Of a stretch of 64,000 nt of DNA, positions 62,301-64,000 are shown one piece after another. Origin of the DNA: an uncultured Burkholderiales bacterium (GTDB taxonomy: Bacteria; Pseudomonadota; Gammaproteobacteria; Burkholderiales; JAEUOS01); NCBI GenBank assembly GCA_964443245.1, contig CAYUEG010000005.1:45-64044 (forward strand), given 5' to 3'. Each line of letters opens with the position of its first letter. The first letter of the stretch is position 1. The notes beneath the pieces were generated by a model, which made no database searches, had not been told where the DNA came from, and worked only from the letters and a program-made list of their open reading frames with translations. The position numbers and the translations under genes were made by a program.

Positions 62301-63350
62301 TTGCTGTCGCCGCACCTTTGGCTCGACTGGTGGCGGCCGCGACTGACAGCACGCACAGCGCTGCTGCTGCCAGCCAGTTGGCTATATGCCGCATTGGTGG
62401 CATTGCGTAAGTATTTCTACCAGAACGGATGGCTACGTTCGGCCCGGCCCGGCTTGCCTGTCATCATTGTGGGCAACATCACCGTTGGTGGAACTGGCAA
62501 GACGCCCTTGGTGATTGCTCTCGTACACGCGCTGCGAACTGCGGGATACACACCTGGCGTGATCAGTCGCGGCTATGGCCGGTCGGCCAGGTCAGTCGAT
62601 CCGATTGAGGTTACGGCTGGCAACAGCCCGGAAGAGTGCGGTGACGAACCGCTGTTGATTTTTCAGCGTACCGCCGCACCGGTGTTTGTCTGCACGAAGC
62701 GCCTGGCAGCGGCGAACGCCCTGACTCAGGCTCACCCTGGCGTCGACATTCTGGTGAGTGATGACGGCCTTCAGCATCTGGCGCTGGCCGGGGGCATCCG
62801 CTTGGCGTTATTCGACGAGCGCGGCATCGGCAATGGCTGCCTGCTCCCAGCCGGACCGCTGCGCGAGCCGGTATCTTCGTTGTCAAGCCTGACCGCCGTA
62901 GTCTGTAACGGCACCGATAAGTTGCTCCAAGATATGGGGGCTTTGACGCTACTTGCCAGAACCAAGCCGACCCCTGTTTACCGGATGCTGTTCGAGCCCG
63001 GCTTGCCTTATCGGCTGAACCAGCCTGATCGCCGTCTCCCCTTGGGATTGCTCGCAGAAATGGGGCCGGTTGCTGCGGTGGCGGGCATCGGGCACCCACC
63101 GCGGTTCTTTGACACGCTGGAACGCGCCGGAATGCAATTCAGTCGGCACCCGTTTCCTGATCATCATGCGTTCTGCGAATCGGATCTGGACGACATTCAA
63201 GCGAGCGTCATCATCATGACAGAAAAGGACGCGATAAAATGCACTGCGTTCGCGGACGCGCGCATCTGGGTGTTGCCTGTAGATGCGACCCTCGACCCTC
63301 TTCTGATCGCACGGATTCTGGAGACACTGCGTGGACCCAAAACTGCTTGA
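62301..63350 (+). CDS. lpxK: Tetraacyldisaccharide 4'-kinase
   Basis: 349 aa with a P-loop ([13 protein letters not shown]) and SRGYGR, DDGLQH and TEKDAIK motifs. The start is TTG. Confidence 0.9.
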   Translation: MLSPHLWLDWWRPRLTARTALLLPASWLYAALVALRKYFYQNGWLRSARPGLPVIIVGNITVGGTGKTPLVIALVHALRTAGYTPGVISRGYGRSARSVDPIEVTAGNSPEECGDEPLLIFQRTAAPVFVCTKRLAAANALTQAHPGVDILVSDDGLQHLALAGGIRLALFDERGIGNGCLLPAGPLREPVSSLSSLTAVVCNGTDKLLQDMGALTLLARTKPTPVYRMLFEPGLPYRLNQPDRRLPLGLLAEMGPVAAVAGIGHPPRFFDTLERAGMQFSRHPFPDHHAFCESDLDDIQASVIIMTEKDAIKCTAFADARIWVLPVDATLDPLLIARILETLRGPKTA

Positions 63351-63510
63351 CATACTGGTCTGCCCCATCACGAAGGGCACTCTGGTTTACGACAAGGAAA
63401 AGCAGGAACTGATCTCGAAATCGGCACGGCTGGCATATCCGATCCGCGACGGCATCCCTGTCATGCTGGAAGAGGAAGCGCGTCGTTTGAGCGAGGCCGA
63501 ACTGGCGTGA
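63331..63510 (+). CDS. ycaR: Trm112/YcaR-family small protein (UPF0434)
   Basis: Absent from the ORF track (59 aa, below its cut-off). GTG 63331 to TGA 63510 translates to (M)[58 protein letters not shown], colinear with E. coli YcaR. It sits in the conserved lpxK-ycaR-kdsB order. Confidence 0.8.
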   Translation: MDPKLLDILVCPITKGTLVYDKEKQELISKSARLAYPIRDGIPVMLEEEARRLSEAELA

Positions 63511-64000
63511 GTTCCCCCACTGGAAACACGGCGTTTCCTGAATTTGTTGTACTGATCCCTGCACGGCGCGCTTCTTCGCGGCTCACCGACAAGGTGCTGG
63601 CCGATATCGGCGGGAAGCCCATGGTGGTGCGCGTCGCGGAACGGGCAGCGCAAAGCGGGGCCTCACGCGTCGTGGTGGCAACGGATGACCGCGAGATCGA
63701 AGCGGTGGTCCAGAAGCACGGCTTCTCAACCGTCATGACGCGCAGCGGTCACCCCTCCGGCACCGACCGTTTGGCGGAAGCGGTATCGCTGCTGGATTTG
63801 GCCGATACGGCCATGGTCGTCAACGTGCAAGGTGACGAGCCTCTCATTGCGCCCATGTTGGTCAGCGCCGTCGCAGCCGAGCTCGCCAAGCGTGCTGATT
63901 GTGCAATGGCAACCGCCTGTCATGCCGTGACCGAACGCGCCGATATGTTTAACCCCAATATCGTCAAGGTCGTGCTGGACCAGCGCAACACGGCGTTGTA
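63507..64000 (+). CDS. kdsB: 3-deoxy-manno-octulosonate cytidylyltransferase (CMP-KDO synthetase), 5' part (runs off the right edge)
   Basis: Not in the ORF track because there is no stop within the window. The frame from GTG 63507 reads ...[35 protein letters not shown]...VATDD...GTDRLAEA...[10 protein letters not shown], the canonical KdsB motifs. Confidence 0.9.
   Translation, partial: MSSPTGNTAFPEFVVLIPARRASSRLTDKVLADIGGKPMVVRVAERAAQSGASRVVVATDDREIEAVVQKHGFSTVMTRSGHPSGTDRLAEAVSLLDLADTAMVVNVQGDEPLIAPMLVSAVAAELAKRADCAMATACHAVTERADMFNPNIVKVVLDQRNTAL

Overview
This is a high-GC bacterial chromosomal segment. Its gene content and order look betaproteobacterial from memory, for example gyrA-serC-pheA-hisC-tyrA-aroA-cmk-rpsA-ihfB-lapAB, dnaG-rpoD and exbBD-lpxK-ycaR-kdsB. 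I can support about 63 protein-coding genes, one tRNA (CAU anticodon), five hairpin-plus-T-run terminators and a few palindromic or regulatory candidates. I saw no rRNA, CRISPR array, transposase, integrase or phage genes. Most of the window is housekeeping: isoprenoid (dxs, ispA), aromatic amino-acid, LPS core and assembly, replication and transcription. The accessory-looking part is about 9.9-21.4 kb. It holds a GNAT/DegT-aminotransferase/TPR-GT41 module that looks AT-richer. Next to it is a tightly packed nine-gene minus-strand block (13379-21339) made mostly of uncharacterised envelope proteins plus an orphan molybdopterin oxidoreductase. This block is my best candidate for an undescribed system, but its function is unknown and the claim rests only on gene packing and domain recognition. 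Other points are a tandem-duplicated retropepsin-like protease and a moxR-DUF58-tgpA operon apparently translationally coupled to mltB. There are also lysine/alanine-rich low-complexity extensions on a ComEA-like protein and on RpoD, a stand-alone paralogue of the OmpA N-terminal domain, a phased DnaA-box-like cluster, a 33-bp perfect palindrome, and a 59-aa Trm112/YcaR-type gene missing from the ORF track. All family assignments come from reading motifs in the translations. No database search was run. Many long ORFs in the track are antisense artefacts of high GC and were rejected.
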